Assembly (NCBI RefSeq): GCF_004010195.1
Contig: NC_057755.1
Location: 6,121,474-6,185,473, forward strand
Length of the DNA: 64,000 nucleotides
Direction: 5' to 3'
Source of the DNA: Chiloscyllium plagiosum
Taxonomy: Eukaryota
The number at the start of each line of letters is the position of its first letter. The first letter of the stretch is position 1. The translations under genes were made by a program, and so were the position numbers. Below, in pieces: positions 37,977-52,090 of this stretch. The notes under the pieces are model-generated. The model was not told where the DNA came from. It saw nothing but the letters and a program-made list of their open reading frames with translations, and searched no databases.

Positions 37977-40900
37977 CAGTATTTAAGTACCGCAGATGTT
38001 GGAAAATGTAGTCAATCGATGTGAAGCTGGAAAAGGACAGCACACCAGGAGCAGGAAATGTTTTGGGACAAAACGTTTCATCAAGATCTGGGAATAAGAG
38101 GGAGCCCAGAAGTTTATAGAGGGATTGTGTGGGGCTTGGCAAAGGTAGCTTGGATGGCTATTGGTGGATGTAGAAAAGGGTTTGAAGAATGTTGTCATGG
38201 AAAAGCACAGCCAGTCAGGCATCATATAACATGCAGGTGAATCAAAATTTCAGGCATAAGCCTTTCATCAGGAATGATGCTTGTGGTTTAAGGTAGCTGA
38301 GAGATAAATGGGTAGGGAGTGGGTTGGGGTACGGTATCTGAGAATGCAAGAGATAGATGAAGTTGGCGGTGAAGGTGATAGGTCGAGGAGGATGGAGTGG
38401 ATAGGTAAGAAGGAAGATGGACAGGAAGGAGAAGTCAAAAGGGTGGTGCCAAGTTGGAAGACTGGATCTGTCATAAGGTGGGAATTGGAAATGAGAAAGC
38501 TTGTAAAATCCACACTGTGTTTGGAGGATCCCAAAGGCGGAAAATGAGGCGTTCTTCTTCCATGCATTGGGTGGTTCTGGTTTGGAGGTGGAGGAGGCCC
38601 AGGACATACATATGCTTCGTGGAGTGGGAGGGTGACTTAAAGTGCTTGGCTACGGGGTGATTGGGTTGTTTAGTGCATGTCCCAGAGATGTTCTCTGCAA
38701 CTTTCCTCAAGTCGGCGTCAAGTCTCCCAGTGTAGAGGAGATCACGAGACACAGTAGATGACGAGTGTGGACGTGGACGTACACGTCCATCTCAGATGGA
38801 TGTGGAAGGATCCTGTGGGGCCTAGGACGGAGGTAAGTGGGGAGGTCTGAGCGAAGTCTTTGCAACTCTTGCACTGGCAGAGGAAGGTGCTGGGTGTGAA
38901 GGATCGATTGGTGGGAACTTGGACTCAACGAGGGAGTCGTGGAGTGAAAGTTCTTTACAGAGCGCAGATAGGGGTGGGGAGGGCAATGTATCTTGGGGGG
39001 TAGACAAAAGGATATCCTTTTTTTTCCAAATTCATCTACGTCAACCGCAACTGCTCCCTGGAGGACCAATTCAACCACAGAACATTACGGATGGCCTCCT
39101 TTTGCAAAGACCACAATTTCACCTCGACGTAGTCGATTATGCCTTCCACTTCCCGGACCTCCGCCCTTGACTACCATTCTTCCAACCGTAGTAAGAGCAG
39201 AAACACCCGGTCCTCACATTCCACCACATCAACCTCTATATCACATTATCGTCCGCCATTTCCGCCACCTACTAACAGACTGACCACCAGGGATATACTT
39301 CCATCCCCACACCTATCTGCATTCCATATATGCAATTCCCTCCGTGACTCCCTTGACAGGTCCGCGCCCCCGACAAACCCAACCTGCACTTCCACTACAT
39401 TCCGTGCCACCACTAGAATTGCAAAACCTGCACCCACACCTCCGCCCATTACCTCCATCCAAAGTCCCAAAGTTTCCATCCATCTTTGTCAGAGGTTGAC
39501 CTGTACTTCCACGCATGTCATCTACCTGTGTCTGTTGCTCCCGAAGTGGGCTCCTCTACACTGGGGAGACATGATGCCAACTTTCGGAATGTAACAGACA
39601 ACATCTGCAGGACACACACATGAAACAATTCCACCACCCTGTGGCTCAACACTTTACCTCCCCCTTCCCACTTCGTGAAGGGCATGCATGTTCTTCACCT
39701 CTTAGACCTACAAATCCTAACCACCTGACACTTGGAGGTAGAATGCCTCATTGTCTGCCTTGGGAGCCTCCAACCAGAAGGGATCTATGTGGATTTCACC
39801 AGTTTCCTTGTTTCCCCTCATCACGTTATCCCAGATCCAACCAGAAAACTGGGCACAGCCCTCTTGACTTGTCCTACCTGTCCATCTTCCTTCCCAACTT
39901 TCCCCTCCATCCTGCTGTCTGACCGATCACCTTCACCCCCAACTTCATCTACCTATCGCATTCTCATCTACATTGCCGCCAGCCCTAGCACCCCCTTTTA
40001 TTTCACAGCCCCTCTGGGCCTCAAGCCTCATTCCTGATAAAGGGCTTATGCCCGAAACTTTGATTCCTCTGCTTCTTGGATGCTGCCTGAAAGACTATTC
40101 TTTTCCAGCACCACATCCTTCGACTCTGAGCTCCAGCATTTGTACCCCTCATTTTCTCTCCATTTTTGGGGTTGGTCAGTCGGAAGGGTGGAGTGAATAG
40201 GTGAGTAGGAAGATGGGGAGGTTTGGCACGTAACTGAGGCAAGGTGAAGGCGAGGCTTGATATGGGGCAGGATGGGTATGGAGAGATTTTGAAGCTGGTG
40301 AAGTTGGCATTAAGTGTATTGATCTGTCAACTTCCAGGCGAAATAATACGTGTTGTTCCTCCAGTTGTCAGTTGGTCTCATTCTGACAATGAAACAGGCC
40401 AAGAACAGGAATATCACTGTGCGAGTGGGAGGGGATATAAAAGAGGATGGCAACTGGAAGGTTGGGTTGGTTGATTAGTGTAGAGTGCAGTTGTTCCACG
40501 AACTGGTCCCCAATTCTGCATTTCGCATCCTTGATATAGAGGAGGCCACATGCAATAGCTGAGGTTGGGTGAAGTGCAGGTGAATCCCTGTCAGTTGTGG
40601 AATGTTTCTTTAGGGCCTTGGATAGAGGTTAGATGGCAAGTATAGAGGCAGAAGTTGCACCTCTTGCGTTTACAGGAAAAGGTACCCGGTGTGATGGAGA
40701 ACTTGGTGAAGAGAATAGATGTATGATGGAATGAATGAACCCTGCAGAAAGTGGGCAGGGTTGGCAAAGCAAGTATAGTTTGGGTGGTAGGGTGTTATTT
40801 TTGGTGGCAGAAGTGTCGGAGGATGATGCATTGTATTTGCAGTTTGGTGTGGTGACATGTGAGGACTAAGGGATCTCACCCTCGTCGAAGTTCCTCAACA

Positions 40901-41471
40901 GTCCTTCCAGATACAATAGAAAGTCGCCTGCACTTCATCCAAACTGATCTATTTCATTTACTGGTCTCTCTATATTGGAAAATGCAGACTCAGGGATTGG
41001 TTCACACAGCATCTGCGTTCCGTACGCATCAACCAACCGCACCATCTGGTTAAAACCCATTTAAATCCTCTTCCAACATCCACGGCGACCTGCCCATCCT
41101 TGGCCTCCTCCACTGTCAGAGTAATACCAAATGGAAACTGGAGGAATAACACTTCTCATTTATCCTGTGCAGACGTGAAGCCCATTAGCTTTAATATTAA
41201 CTTCTCCTCTCCTCCCTGAATTGGCATGACCTGTCAATCTTCATACTCAACTATCTGCTCCACCCTTCCGACTGATGAACCACAATAACCCTAAAGGCAT
41301 CCACCTATCACCAGCCCACCTACACTGCCCCCACCCCACCCACACCCTCCATATAATTGTGGAATCGCCTCACTCTCCCAGTCTCCCAGATTCGTCTCCA
41401 AACGTTGACTTATGTGCTCCTTTGGTGCTGTCTGACCTGCTGTCCTTTTCAAGCTTCATATCTATTGACTT
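37977..41471. mobile_element. Outer inverted (palindromic) Penelope-like composite
   Basis: agtcaatcgatgtgaagctggaaaagga (~38010) is the reverse complement of tccttttcaagcttcatatctattgact (~41445-41470); 13 bp TSD-like taatt(g/t)cagactt at 37964-37976 and 41472-41484. Confidence 0.75.
38239..40160. mobile_element. Inner head-to-head pair of Penelope-like (GIY-YIG C-terminal) fragments
   Basis: Minus arm HPVAKHFKSPSHS..VLGLLH..EEERLIFRL; plus arm HPVAQHFTSP..LIVCLGSLQPEGIYVDF; termini are reverse complements of each other. Confidence 0.8.
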
Positions 41472-42908
41472 TAATTTCAGACTTAGAAGGTTTTCGCAAG
41501 TGTACAGGAGTTGAATACTGAAATGAATGGGCCTAGTCTGAATCTGTTCCTGATTGAGAATGGTACAAGTACAGGCTAATACCGGAGTCATGAATTGGAT
41601 TTTCTGAGGGGTAGAGATTTCCTCTTCTGTATGATCCTGGCAGTTAATTCCCATTTCAAGTCGAACTTCTTCACAGACTCCTCGTGGAATAACGTTTTCT
41701 CTCCTTCATCAGATACTGACTAACACTTTTCGTGGTGTTAGCTCCCAAACATGGTTCATTACCATCTACATTTCGTTCGCAACTCAGAATCGAATGCTTG
41801 ACATGAATGGATGGCTTAACTCTTTACTTTCGACGTTTCCATGTCTGCTTCCAAGTTTCACACAGGATGTAACCATGTGTCTCCCGTGTATCACGTATTA
41901 ATCGGAGGTGCATTAGGATGAAAACCATTTGAGTCTGAAATATGCTGATGGCGAATTTACTTATCATTCTGTTCTCACCATGAATGCCTTTCACTCGTTT
42001 AGAAAACAGCATCAATCTAACTTTGCTTAAAAAGACTCGGCTTAAGAAAGATCGAGTAATTAACTCTGCGAGGAAAATTATTCTTCTCAACTTTTTATTG
42101 TGTGTGCAGTTCCTTTAAACAATATAGAAATCACGAGTTCTTGAATCGACAACAACATGGGAGCATACTTTCATTTGCAAGCCTCTTTCAGTGGAAAGGT
42201 TATCATTTCTACACCTTGTGGTCCCATGACTCAGAGGTAGGCTGGAATACAAAGCAAAGAATCTCCAAAACCTCTCTGATGGTATGGAAAATAAAATATT
42301 TTTTCCAACGACAATAGAACCATCTGTTCGGCCTACTTCCCCACCGTTATCATTACTAGAAGCATCACCCAAGCACACGATGCACATCTCATAGAGTGTG
42401 GTTTCGAATCAGGCGAATGCCGTACCACCTGCTTACCTATCTTTGTGCCGCGTCCTGACCTGGCATATTAAGGTTACAAATATGTTATGGGTTAGCCGAT
42501 GCAAAAGAAAATGCCTTCAAGTGCCTCCAGATCTCAGAGAGGTATGTTAGTGATGCAATGTGGTTTACAATTAAGTTAGGGGTTGGACAATGCAAAAGAA
42601 AATGCCTCAAGTACATCCAGATTCAAAGATGCAAGGTGATTTTCAGTTTCTAAGATTAGCGTGTCAAGCTAATTGTGCATATCCACAATTTTAACCAAAA
42701 ACATGGAGACACAGGGAGCTGGAATAAGATGGTGTTCCAATGTTGGAATTTAGTGTTTATGAAAGATTGAAGGAGAAGGGCCAATCCTGTATTCATGAAT
42801 GTGTAGTAATAAAATGTTCCAATTGACGATCATCCTTCCTTCTTCTGAAAAAAAAACCTTATGTTTCATGAAAACGGATTGGGATTGAGAAAGGGTATCA
42901 TTTCATGG

Positions 42909-42971
42909 TCAAAAATCACACAACACCAGGTTATAGTCCAACAGGAGCGCCGCTCCTTCGTCCTTCATCCG
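42909..42971 (-). mobile_element. Very short Penelope-type insertion with a hammerhead stem II remnant
   Basis: Flanked by tttcatgg direct repeats; minus strand gacgaaGGAGCggcGCTCC; absent in paralogous units. Confidence 0.55.
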
Positions 42972-45900
42972 TTTCATGGCCTTAATGAAAGATAGTGCAA
43001 GCCTAAAGGCCAAAATGTTTTCTTGTGCCATTGTATTTTAAAGTTCAATCTGTTTCCAATGATTAAGATAAAAAAAGATAACTCAGTCCTCCAGATGATA
43101 TGTACCCTGCTGTAAAACAAGAAGTAGGTGATGTGACACTATTTACTAAGTTATCAGTCGCTGCTATTTGGTCGTATGGTCACCTCAGTAAGACTGTCAT
43201 TACATTATAGACGCCGTGTGCATTCCTAAGTAATCGACAAACATTCAATATAATGTTGTCCTCTCATTCCTTCATCCATAATTGTCAAAATCGAACTATC
43301 CAAAAACTCTTCCACGTGATATTTCTGTAGGTGTCGCTGCTCCCTCTTCATTTCGCTTGCAAGTCATCGGAAAAAGAACTGCAGGTGCTGGAAACCTGAC
43401 ATAGTGACAGAAGCTTGCTGGAGAAACTCAGCAGGTGTGCGTTGTAAGAAAAAAACATAAAGCTACACAGTTTGGGAAATTATTCATTTGGTTTAGAAGA
43501 TCAGTACTGACTATCCACACTATCGATACCTCATAATTTATATTCTTCTATCAAGTCTCTCCTTAGCCTCTAATGCTCTCAGGTGGACAATCAAATTCTG
43601 TCCAGTTTCTCCATGTACCTCATGCACAATAATCCAGGCATCCTCTTGGCAAACCACGTTTGCAATCGGCACAAGTTGTCCTGCTTTGACCAGAATTGCA
43701 TGCAATACTCCAAAGTTGACTTAATTAAGATTTTCTACAACTGCAAAATTATTTGCCAACTTTGTCTACTCAATCACCCGATAAATGAAGTAACGCATGC
43801 CATACAACATATTTATCATCTGATCTCCCTACTTTGCCATTTTCAAAAGCATCTCCAGAAAACAAAAATGGCTTTGCAAACGATAGAGAAAGGGCAATCT
43901 GGATGCTCTTGGAAAGTACAAATGTGAAATGCGTGTTTCTTCGGGTGTGGAACAAGTTCAAGGGCGTCCCAAATATTACTCAAAAGAAATGAACATGCTT
44001 TTAGCATGACAGAGGTGGGCATGCATATGGTCTGACCATTAACCTTCATGTAATCAAGGAATAACTGTAGTTCATATCTGTGAACGTTGAGCCCTTTGTG
44101 GGAAACATTATTAAAATGGAATACAATTCCTCTACTCACCAATTGTTTAATGAGACGGGAAGCTCAATACCCATTTGCAAAATTGAGAATATCGGTGTAA
44201 ATTGAAGTTGATGTTCCATGGTATGCGTAATGTATGATTAATCGAGTCTGAGTCGGTGACAACCATCTGAAGCTCTGAAATAATTAAATACACGATTCAG
44301 GGAAATATCTATGTTTTCTCGTTTGGATCTGTGACTCCAGCCTGTAGGTTCACCATGGACAGGGAACCATTTGACTCCACGATAAAATTCTTCACAGCAG
44401 AATATTTCCTCATGCCTTGAACTTCCAAACTATGATTTGAATGTTGTACCGGCATTTCTTTCTGATTGGGCGCACTTTTCCCATTTCAGATGTAGTTGAA
44501 ATTATTTCAATGTTAGATATTGCATTTTCGTCAGGTGAATAAGTGCAGGTTTCTGGGGAATGTTGCCAAACAAAGAGAACTTATTGTGCACATTCACAGT
44601 TACTTGAAGGTGGAATCACAGGTACACAGGATAGAAATGAAGGCATTTGCTGCGCTTGCATCTACCAGTACTCATGAAAAAACGAATGCAATTTCTGCGG
44701 AGGAGTTATACATGATCACGTGGCAGAACAACCCTAGGCATTGTTCCACAAAATACAGAATTAGGTGGAGTTTGGGCATCATGTTGCGGATGAACAGAAA
44801 ATCATTTAACTTTTTTTGTAATAGTGCATTGAATTTTCATCTCCCTGCTGCAGACCATTGTTATTAAACCTGAAATCGTTCAAAAGCGATTCACTGCAAT
44901 ATTACTGAAGTTGGAAGGTATGAGATCGGAGAGGCTTCGTAGGCTGTTGCCTCTGGACAATCGGACGTTAAGGTTGATAAAACTACGAAAGTGGTTGAAA
45001 AGGACAATTGTCAAAGTCCTTTTTTTTTCCATATTAGGGGTCTCAAAAGCTACATGGTATCGTTTTGAGGTGAGGGGGAAGGATATAAAGGGGAGGTAAG
45101 GAGCACGTTTTTCATGGACAGGTGCGTGTATCCAACAATGTGCGAAATGAATTCGTGGAGGATGGTAAAATTACAAAATTTCAAAGGCATCGGGATAGGC
45201 ACAGGAATAGGGCAGGTTTAGTAGTATGTCAGCCGAATACTGGCAAATGGGATTAGATGAATTTAGGATATTTTGTCGGCATGCACGTTTTGGACAGAAG
45301 AGCTTCGTTCCATGCTGTGCAGCCATGTGACTCTATGAAACAATGACTACTCTTTTGACGATAACATTAATTAATTTACTGATCGAGGAAATAATGCAAT
45401 TTCTCAGTTAGGTTTCGACATGATTGGGAGAAGAGCAATCCTGGGAATTATCCCACAAGTTGCAGAATGAGCCAATGGAGGCCATTGTTGCAATGTCTTC
45501 ATCAGTTCATCGCTGCTTGTGAAACACACAAGCTCGGTGCAACTTCAAGATTCTATCTTGGACGAATGTCTTTGTACTTTCCATTACCACCCGCTATTGG
45601 TTCACATACCGTGCATCGAAATGACTTGACAGAGCTGGTGGCATTTATAGGACAATGAAAGCCATAAATCTACATGCAAAATCACATGTTCATTTCAAAC
45701 AGCTGCACAAAAAAAAAAACAATCAAAAAGGAACACACAAAATATAATAAAACGCATCACTAAATATAGGACATTTTATAAATGAACCACTAATGAATTC
45801 TAGTGAGAAAATAGTCTTATTTCACAACCGTAAATAGATAGATAGTCACAATAATATTGTTGTGATAACTGTTGTGATAACTGTTGTGAACAATGCAACT

Positions 45901-48900
45901 TCCTTTGTACACATCTACAGGAATAGATGTTTCCAATAATATCTTCTGCATAATGTCTATATGATGACCTTTTCAACTGGAATGGCAGTAAATAATTGCC
46001 GGCAATCATTTGAACTAAAGAGTGATAAAATGCCTTCTGCAGAGGTGGAATAAAATTACAGAGGAAAATCAACTCCTTTGATTCTATAACTGACTACCTG
46101 AAATAAGGTCTGTGCAGTTGTGATCGGCACGATACATTATCATTTGTAACATTTCCCATTTATTTGATTATTACTCTCACTGACCAAGCAGATCAATTGC
46201 AGGAAGGGATCATGTCATGCAATCTCGTGGGTCACACATTTTGAAAGTCAAATCTATGTTAATATGTGCAGCTTTGTCCTGCAAATAATCTCTTCTTATT
46301 TACTTATTTGACTGTAAAAACCCAGGACAAATTCATTTTTAATTGTGAAATTTCCAAGTCGATATTTTGCTAACAACAATTTCTGGCCAATAGTGTGTCG
46401 CCGGACGTTGATGCTAACGAAATTTCAAAGATGCATTCCATTCTGTTTTGCAGTTGAGGTAGCTCGTGAGAACGTCATGTTTTGGAAAGAAAACGAAAGT
46501 AAACAGATTATGACACGATTAGACTCACTTTCATTGCAGTTGACACATTCTGCTGTGGCACAATCGCAAAACTCTGACAAATTTTAAAAAAAGATGAAAT
46601 TTCAAAATAATGCTGTTGTTAGTATATTTCTCGTCGTTTCTGCTATGCCCTTCATTGATATTGAAATGCTATATTGTGATAATGTATGTCCTCTCTTAGA
46701 ACAGTTCTAATTTTCTCTGGAATAAATCGACCACAAATATCTTTGGGAAAATGGTACGTGAAGAGTTACACAACGGTAACACATTAAATAACACAAGAGC
46801 TTTTCACGACCATCACCGAAAACCATATTATTGAGGTTCTAAAAAAGTTTGGAAAATGGAACCTAATGATGAAATAATAGACTTATGACCAATCAAGGCA
46901 GCGCAGTGCAGGATGTATATGCCAAGTGGACAAGTTCTTTTCCTGGTGCAGTCAAGTTGCCTGAACAATCCTTATGGAGGAAAGGATTGATAGGTAGACC
47001 GAGTGTCAGTGGGGTGTGGGGGTGTGGGGGGGAAGATGGCGACAACTGTACACAGGAAGTTTTCTGTATCGTCGATATATCACAATTGAATAATGCACAA
47101 GCAGAGTTGGTGACAGAATGGAAGGACCTCGCAGAGTGCAAATGTATCATTTATTAGTCATGGATCATTGTATTTGATGATGGCTGACTTGCATCACTTC
47201 AAACATAAAATTGTAAAAACGCTCAAGGATAACGGATAGAAAGAAACCAATGCAGATGCAGGAAACATCCTCAGTCAAAATGAAATTCATTTTTTTTTTG
47301 TAATCGAATAACTCCTGGAGATTCCTGTAATTTGTGATATTTCGTTTCTCTTTATGAATGACACGTTTATTCGAAGCTCATCTGAAAGGCTGAAAATTGA
47401 ACATTTGCAAGAGTCAACATTTCCAATAGTTATTGTCCTGACCAGAACGAGATGTCTTCAATTTTGTCCTAGCTCTGTGATGTCTATTCGCAATTCTGTC
47501 ACAACTTTGACTATGGTTTACTGCACCTCATTGGGTGTTCAAGTATTAAATCAGCATTTAGCAATTGGAAATTCTACAACACAGATGAATGCACTCTCAG
47601 ATGTATATGTCATCCATTCATTGTATAATTTATGAAACCAGAGATTTCAAAGTGTTCTTGATTATCACTCTGAACTTTGACTGAGTCGCTGCATAAATAA
47701 GTACATTCGTGCAGCAACTTAACTTCCACAACACGAATCCGAAATCTTGAAATATCAATTCGGACTCACTGTGAAATTTTCTTCTGAAGGCATAACGAAA
47801 GAAATTCATGATAAACATCAACGACAGATGTATAAATCTTCCAGATATGTCAAAAAGTAAAATGCCAGACTTCCTCCTGCGTTGCATCTCTGTGCCACAC
47901 TAGTTCTTGCCATTGCTGCCGGCTTTCAGTTCCTTATAAACTCGGCTGGATGCTAAATTGTGTCTTACAGTCAAAGCAATGATCAAAAAAATTAAAGTGC
48001 ATGGGAACAGAGGAGTTAAATGTTTATCAAATCTCTCATAACCCACCCAACCAGCATCAGAATAAAAGTTCAGTTTTGCACAACAAAGCCATGGTACATT
48101 GCTCACTATCTTCACATGTTCAAAAATGGAGTAGATGCGAGTGCTTTTCAAACAGAGCAGAATGCACGTTGTTGAAAGCAGGATAGCAGCAGATTTCCAC
48201 TTGCAAAATCGTGCTCTTAAATTAAGACAAGAAAGAGCTACAAATCAATCAAAAGAGAAGGCGATGGTGAAACAGACAGAGCAATCTATGCCTGCATCAC
48301 ACAATGTATCATGAGGACTACACGCAGGAATGATGTCCATGAAAAAAAAATACCGGAGCTTCATAATAATACATAACCATTTTCAATATTACTTCAAATA
48401 TAACAACCAGTATTTCAGACATTGCCATAGCCATGAGGTAGCGAGTGGTGCGCTTTGAAACACCACAATTTCCGCAGGAGAATATCATAACCACCAGCAA
48501 ATTACCGGTGTGAGAAAGAAAGGAAAATACATTGGTATTTAATCAGCGAACATCTTGTATAACTACACAGTAAGTATGGCATGATGAAGCCCCGATTATG
48601 GCAGTCAGATTGTCGGGTTTGTTTGAATCCTTGAATAGATGAGCCTCCACTGCATTGGTGCCTGACTGTGAGCAGGGAATGTTAACGCTTATAAATTAGT
48701 CGTGGTTAGAAATCTCTAAGCTACAGTTACATTTTCATCTGGATGAGCCTGGTAGAAATTTTGCCCATTTGGTCCTGAACTTCTTCACAGACGCCTCACA
48801 GAATAAAGCTTTCAGTCAGAGATCAGACAGTAATTAACACTGTTCACAGCATTAGACTCCAGTCAAAATTCACTTCCCTTTCCAGCACAACTCAAAATTA

Positions 48901-49019
48901 TTTGCTTTCACTGAATTGATGGCTTATCCCATTCTTTAAACGAAGGGGATTTATTTACATGTTTGTTACTGGATTTAATCACTTGTCTACATGTTTGTCA
49001 CGAGACTTAAACACGTCGT

Positions 49020-49380
49020 ACAGTCACAGAGTCAAAGAAATGTACAGAATGGAATCAGACCCATCGGTCTAACTCGCCCATGTCAACCAAATATCCCAAT
49101 GCAATCCAGTCCCACCTGCCACCACCCTGCCCATACCCCTCCAAACTCTTCTTATTCATATACCCATCCAACTGCCTCTTAAATGTTGCAATTGTAGCAG
49201 CCGCCAGCACTTCCTCTGGCAGATCATTCCATACACGTATCACCCTCTGCATGAAAACGTTGCCCCGTGGGTCTCTTTGATATCTTTCCCCTCTCACCCT
49301 AAACCTATGGCCTATCGTTCTGCACTCACCGACCACAGGGAAAAGACTTGGCCTATTTATCCTATCCATGCCCCTTGTCA
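49020..49380 (-). mobile_element. CR1 LINE 3' terminal fragment
   Basis: RGMDRINRPSLFP..GHRFRVRGERY..QRVIRVWNDLPEEV. Confidence 0.88.
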
Positions 49381-50344
49381 CTGTTTTTAACCAAATGTCT
49401 GCATACACTATCAGTCATCAATGTCTGGATGAGATCACAAATCAGAGTAGGAGTAGGCCTTTTGAACATTAGAGAGTGAGATATGATCGTAACTAATCGA
49501 GTTATCCTACATTCCGTTCCGCCCCTGTAAGTCTTTCACCCATTTATGTTGCAGAACCTGTCCAACTCTACTTCAATCCCTCTGCTTTCAGTGACTTTGC
49601 GAAAAGAGAGTGCAATAGATCCATGGAAGGTGGAGGAAAATAATTATTCTCAACTCTGTCTTCCATGTATAGAGTCTTATATCTACCCACAAACACTGAG
49701 TTCTTGAAGCTCACACTAAATGCAAACCCCTCGCTTTCAAACCTCCTTTAGTTCAAACTATTACTTCCATTCTTGTTATTCCAGGATTCCAAAAATGGAC
49801 TGGAATACAGCCTAAAGAACCTCCAAAAAAAACCTCTTTGAGGCATTGCAGAGACGATGTTTTAACCGGTAATAAAAGCACTTATGTAAATTGCTTTTCC
49901 ACCATTACCATTCCCAGATGTGGGTCCGCTCCCTTTCTCTTTCAGTCTCGCAATCTTCAATGTGCAGTGAAACTGGCTTCAGCTCTATTCCCAAAATAAG
50001 CGTCAATCCCATTCGCCATTCTGAAATGAACTCAGTTTGGAGAGTTGTTTTGCATTCGGCTACTTGTCTCTCCTTGCCTGTTTAGGGACTGAATCCAATG
50101 TAATTGTAATTGAGCCATTTCAAAATGTGATGCTGTCACGTGCTTCAGAGTTACACAGAAGAGCACCAGTAATGCGAGCTGATTTTCACATTCTTAGATT
50201 CGCAGACTGAGACGTGGTGAATAAGTATAATTTCCACCGTAATAATGGCACAGGAATGTTGGAATATGCTAGTTTTTCAAAATTGGAAGTAAGCAGTTTT
50301 TGAGACATTTGAGGAGATGGGCCAATCCTGTATTTATAAATATG

Positions 50345-50723
50345 ATTTTCCAGCATCACTCTAATCTAGAATCTGGTTTCCAGCATCTGCAGTCCTTGTT
50401 CATACCTAGTTTATTTTAAACCTACTGCGAATCCTCTTGCAAGGTGCCTGCCTTGAAGACGTTTTCCTCCCGCTACAATAATCTCAGGGAGTCCCTCTCC
50501 CACTGAAAGTCCCAGGTCATTTCCTCTGCCCTGAAGCTCTTCAACTATGTCCTTAAACAGACTCGCCCACCCTGCAGGCACTCTGCCTCTATTTCTGATG
50601 AAGGGCTTTTGCCCGAAAAGTCGATTTTCCTGTTCCTCGGTTGCTGCATGAACAGCTGTGCTTTTCCAGCACCACTCTAAAATAGAATCTGGTTTCCAGC
50701 ATCTGCAGTCCTTCTTTTTACCC
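50345..50723 (+). mobile_element. Penelope-like insertion with partial tandem terminal repeat and 12 bp TSD
   Basis: tttataaatatg at 50333-50344 and 50724-50735; direct repeat ttttccagca-cactctaa..tagaatctggtttccagcatctgcagtcctt at both ends; empty site in copy 2 (~27320). Confidence 0.85.
50595..50622 (+). ncRNA. Minimal hammerhead ribozyme core (Penelope-associated), probably decayed
   Basis: CTGATGA-a-GGGC-tttt-GCCC-GAAA-agtc; related cores at 40034-40060 (+), 38242-38271 (-) and 60673-60710 (-). Confidence 0.65.
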
Positions 50724-51784
50724 TTTATAAATATGTTGCAAGCTAGAGCTCATACTGATGATCTTCTTTCCTATTGCTGACAAAAGCTTATGTATTATGA
50801 AAAAGTATTGGCATTGAGAAAGGGGATGGTTCATGATCTCATTGAATATTAGGGTAATCCCAAAGGTCGTAATGCTTCCTCCTCTTCCTTTACTTTTAAT
50901 ATCAACATTTTGACAATACTGAATCGGATAAAACACTCGTAATTCTTAGTCAATTTCCCAAATGACAACTACCCCGCTTGAAATCAACAAGGAAGTGATA
51001 TGACACTATTTATTATGCTGTCATTTGCTCCTATTTGGTAACGCTATTACCTGATCAAGATTACCGTTCCATTTTAGACGTTGTTTAAATCCTGAAATAA
51101 GCAACAGCCATTCAACATCATATTGTCCTCTGATATCGTCAATCCATAATTGTGAAGTTGGTATCACTCCCAAAACACTTCCACGAGGTATTGCTGCAGG
51201 CAAGGCTGCTTCATCTTCAGTTACACTAATATATAAGCAAACAAAGAACTACAGGTACTTGAAATCTGATAAAAAAGGAAAATATTGTTAGAGAAACTTA
51301 GCACGTCTGCCATCGTGTATGGAATTTTTTTTTTAAAAAGCTAAGCCGTTTTGGGAAGCTAATCGAGTTCAGAAGAACAGCGCAGGCTATTATCCCTATC
51401 CAGTCCTTATAATTTCATATACTTCTGTGGGCTCTCTTCAGACTCCGACGCTGTCAAATAAACAATCTAACTTTGCCAAATCTGTCCTTCTAGCTTATGA
51501 ACACCAATCCAGGCAAAGTCTTGGCAAACATCGTTTGAACTCTGCACAAGTCCTCATAAATGACCAAAGCTGAAATGGTCACCTATTTAAAGTTCTTTGC
51601 AGCTGAGAAATGATATGTCAACTTGTGCACTCAGTATCCGACTGATGAAGTTAGGCATGATATGCACTTTCTTTACGAAACTAAATCTCTGCGCTACCAC
51701 TTTCAGGAGCAACTCCTAAAAAATAATGCTGCAAACAAAAGCAAAAGTGCACTCTAGATGCTCATAGCTGATTGCCTTTCATTG

Positions 51785-52090
51785 ATGAGATGAGGACATC
51801 GCTGTCTATGCCAGCATTTCTTGTTCAAGTGGCAGTTCAGAGCCAACTACCTTGTTGCAGTTCTGGAGTAATATGGAGGCAAGACCAGGTAAGGATGACG
51901 GCTTCTTTCCCTGGAAGGGATCCGTGATCCAGATTGTTTCTTTATTTAAAAAATCACTTGCGTTCATCAGGCATTCCAGGTTTTTTGTTGAATACGAAAT
52001 TCGCTGTTAGCCATGGAGAAACTCGAACACAAATGCTCAACTTTCCTGGATAAACAACCCAGTATAGATACCACTAGTCCATCGCCTTCT
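51785..52090 (-). mobile_element. DeuSINE (SacSINE1-like), old
   Basis: Minus strand has a tRNA-like head (tagtggtat...gttcgagt), then tccttacctggtcttgcctccatattactccaga and aaatgctggcatagacagcgatgtcc, recalled as Deu-domain SINE features. Confidence 0.65.

Larger units (their letters stand above)
37041..46239 (-). pseudogene. GPR139-like GPCR copy 3 pseudogene (exon 1 ~46239-46185, exon 2 ~37804-37041)
   Basis: MADLPVIIFEV..PLFFLNITPVC..FAIAFD, internal deletions, acceptor AG lost, stop in exon 1. Confidence 0.87.
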
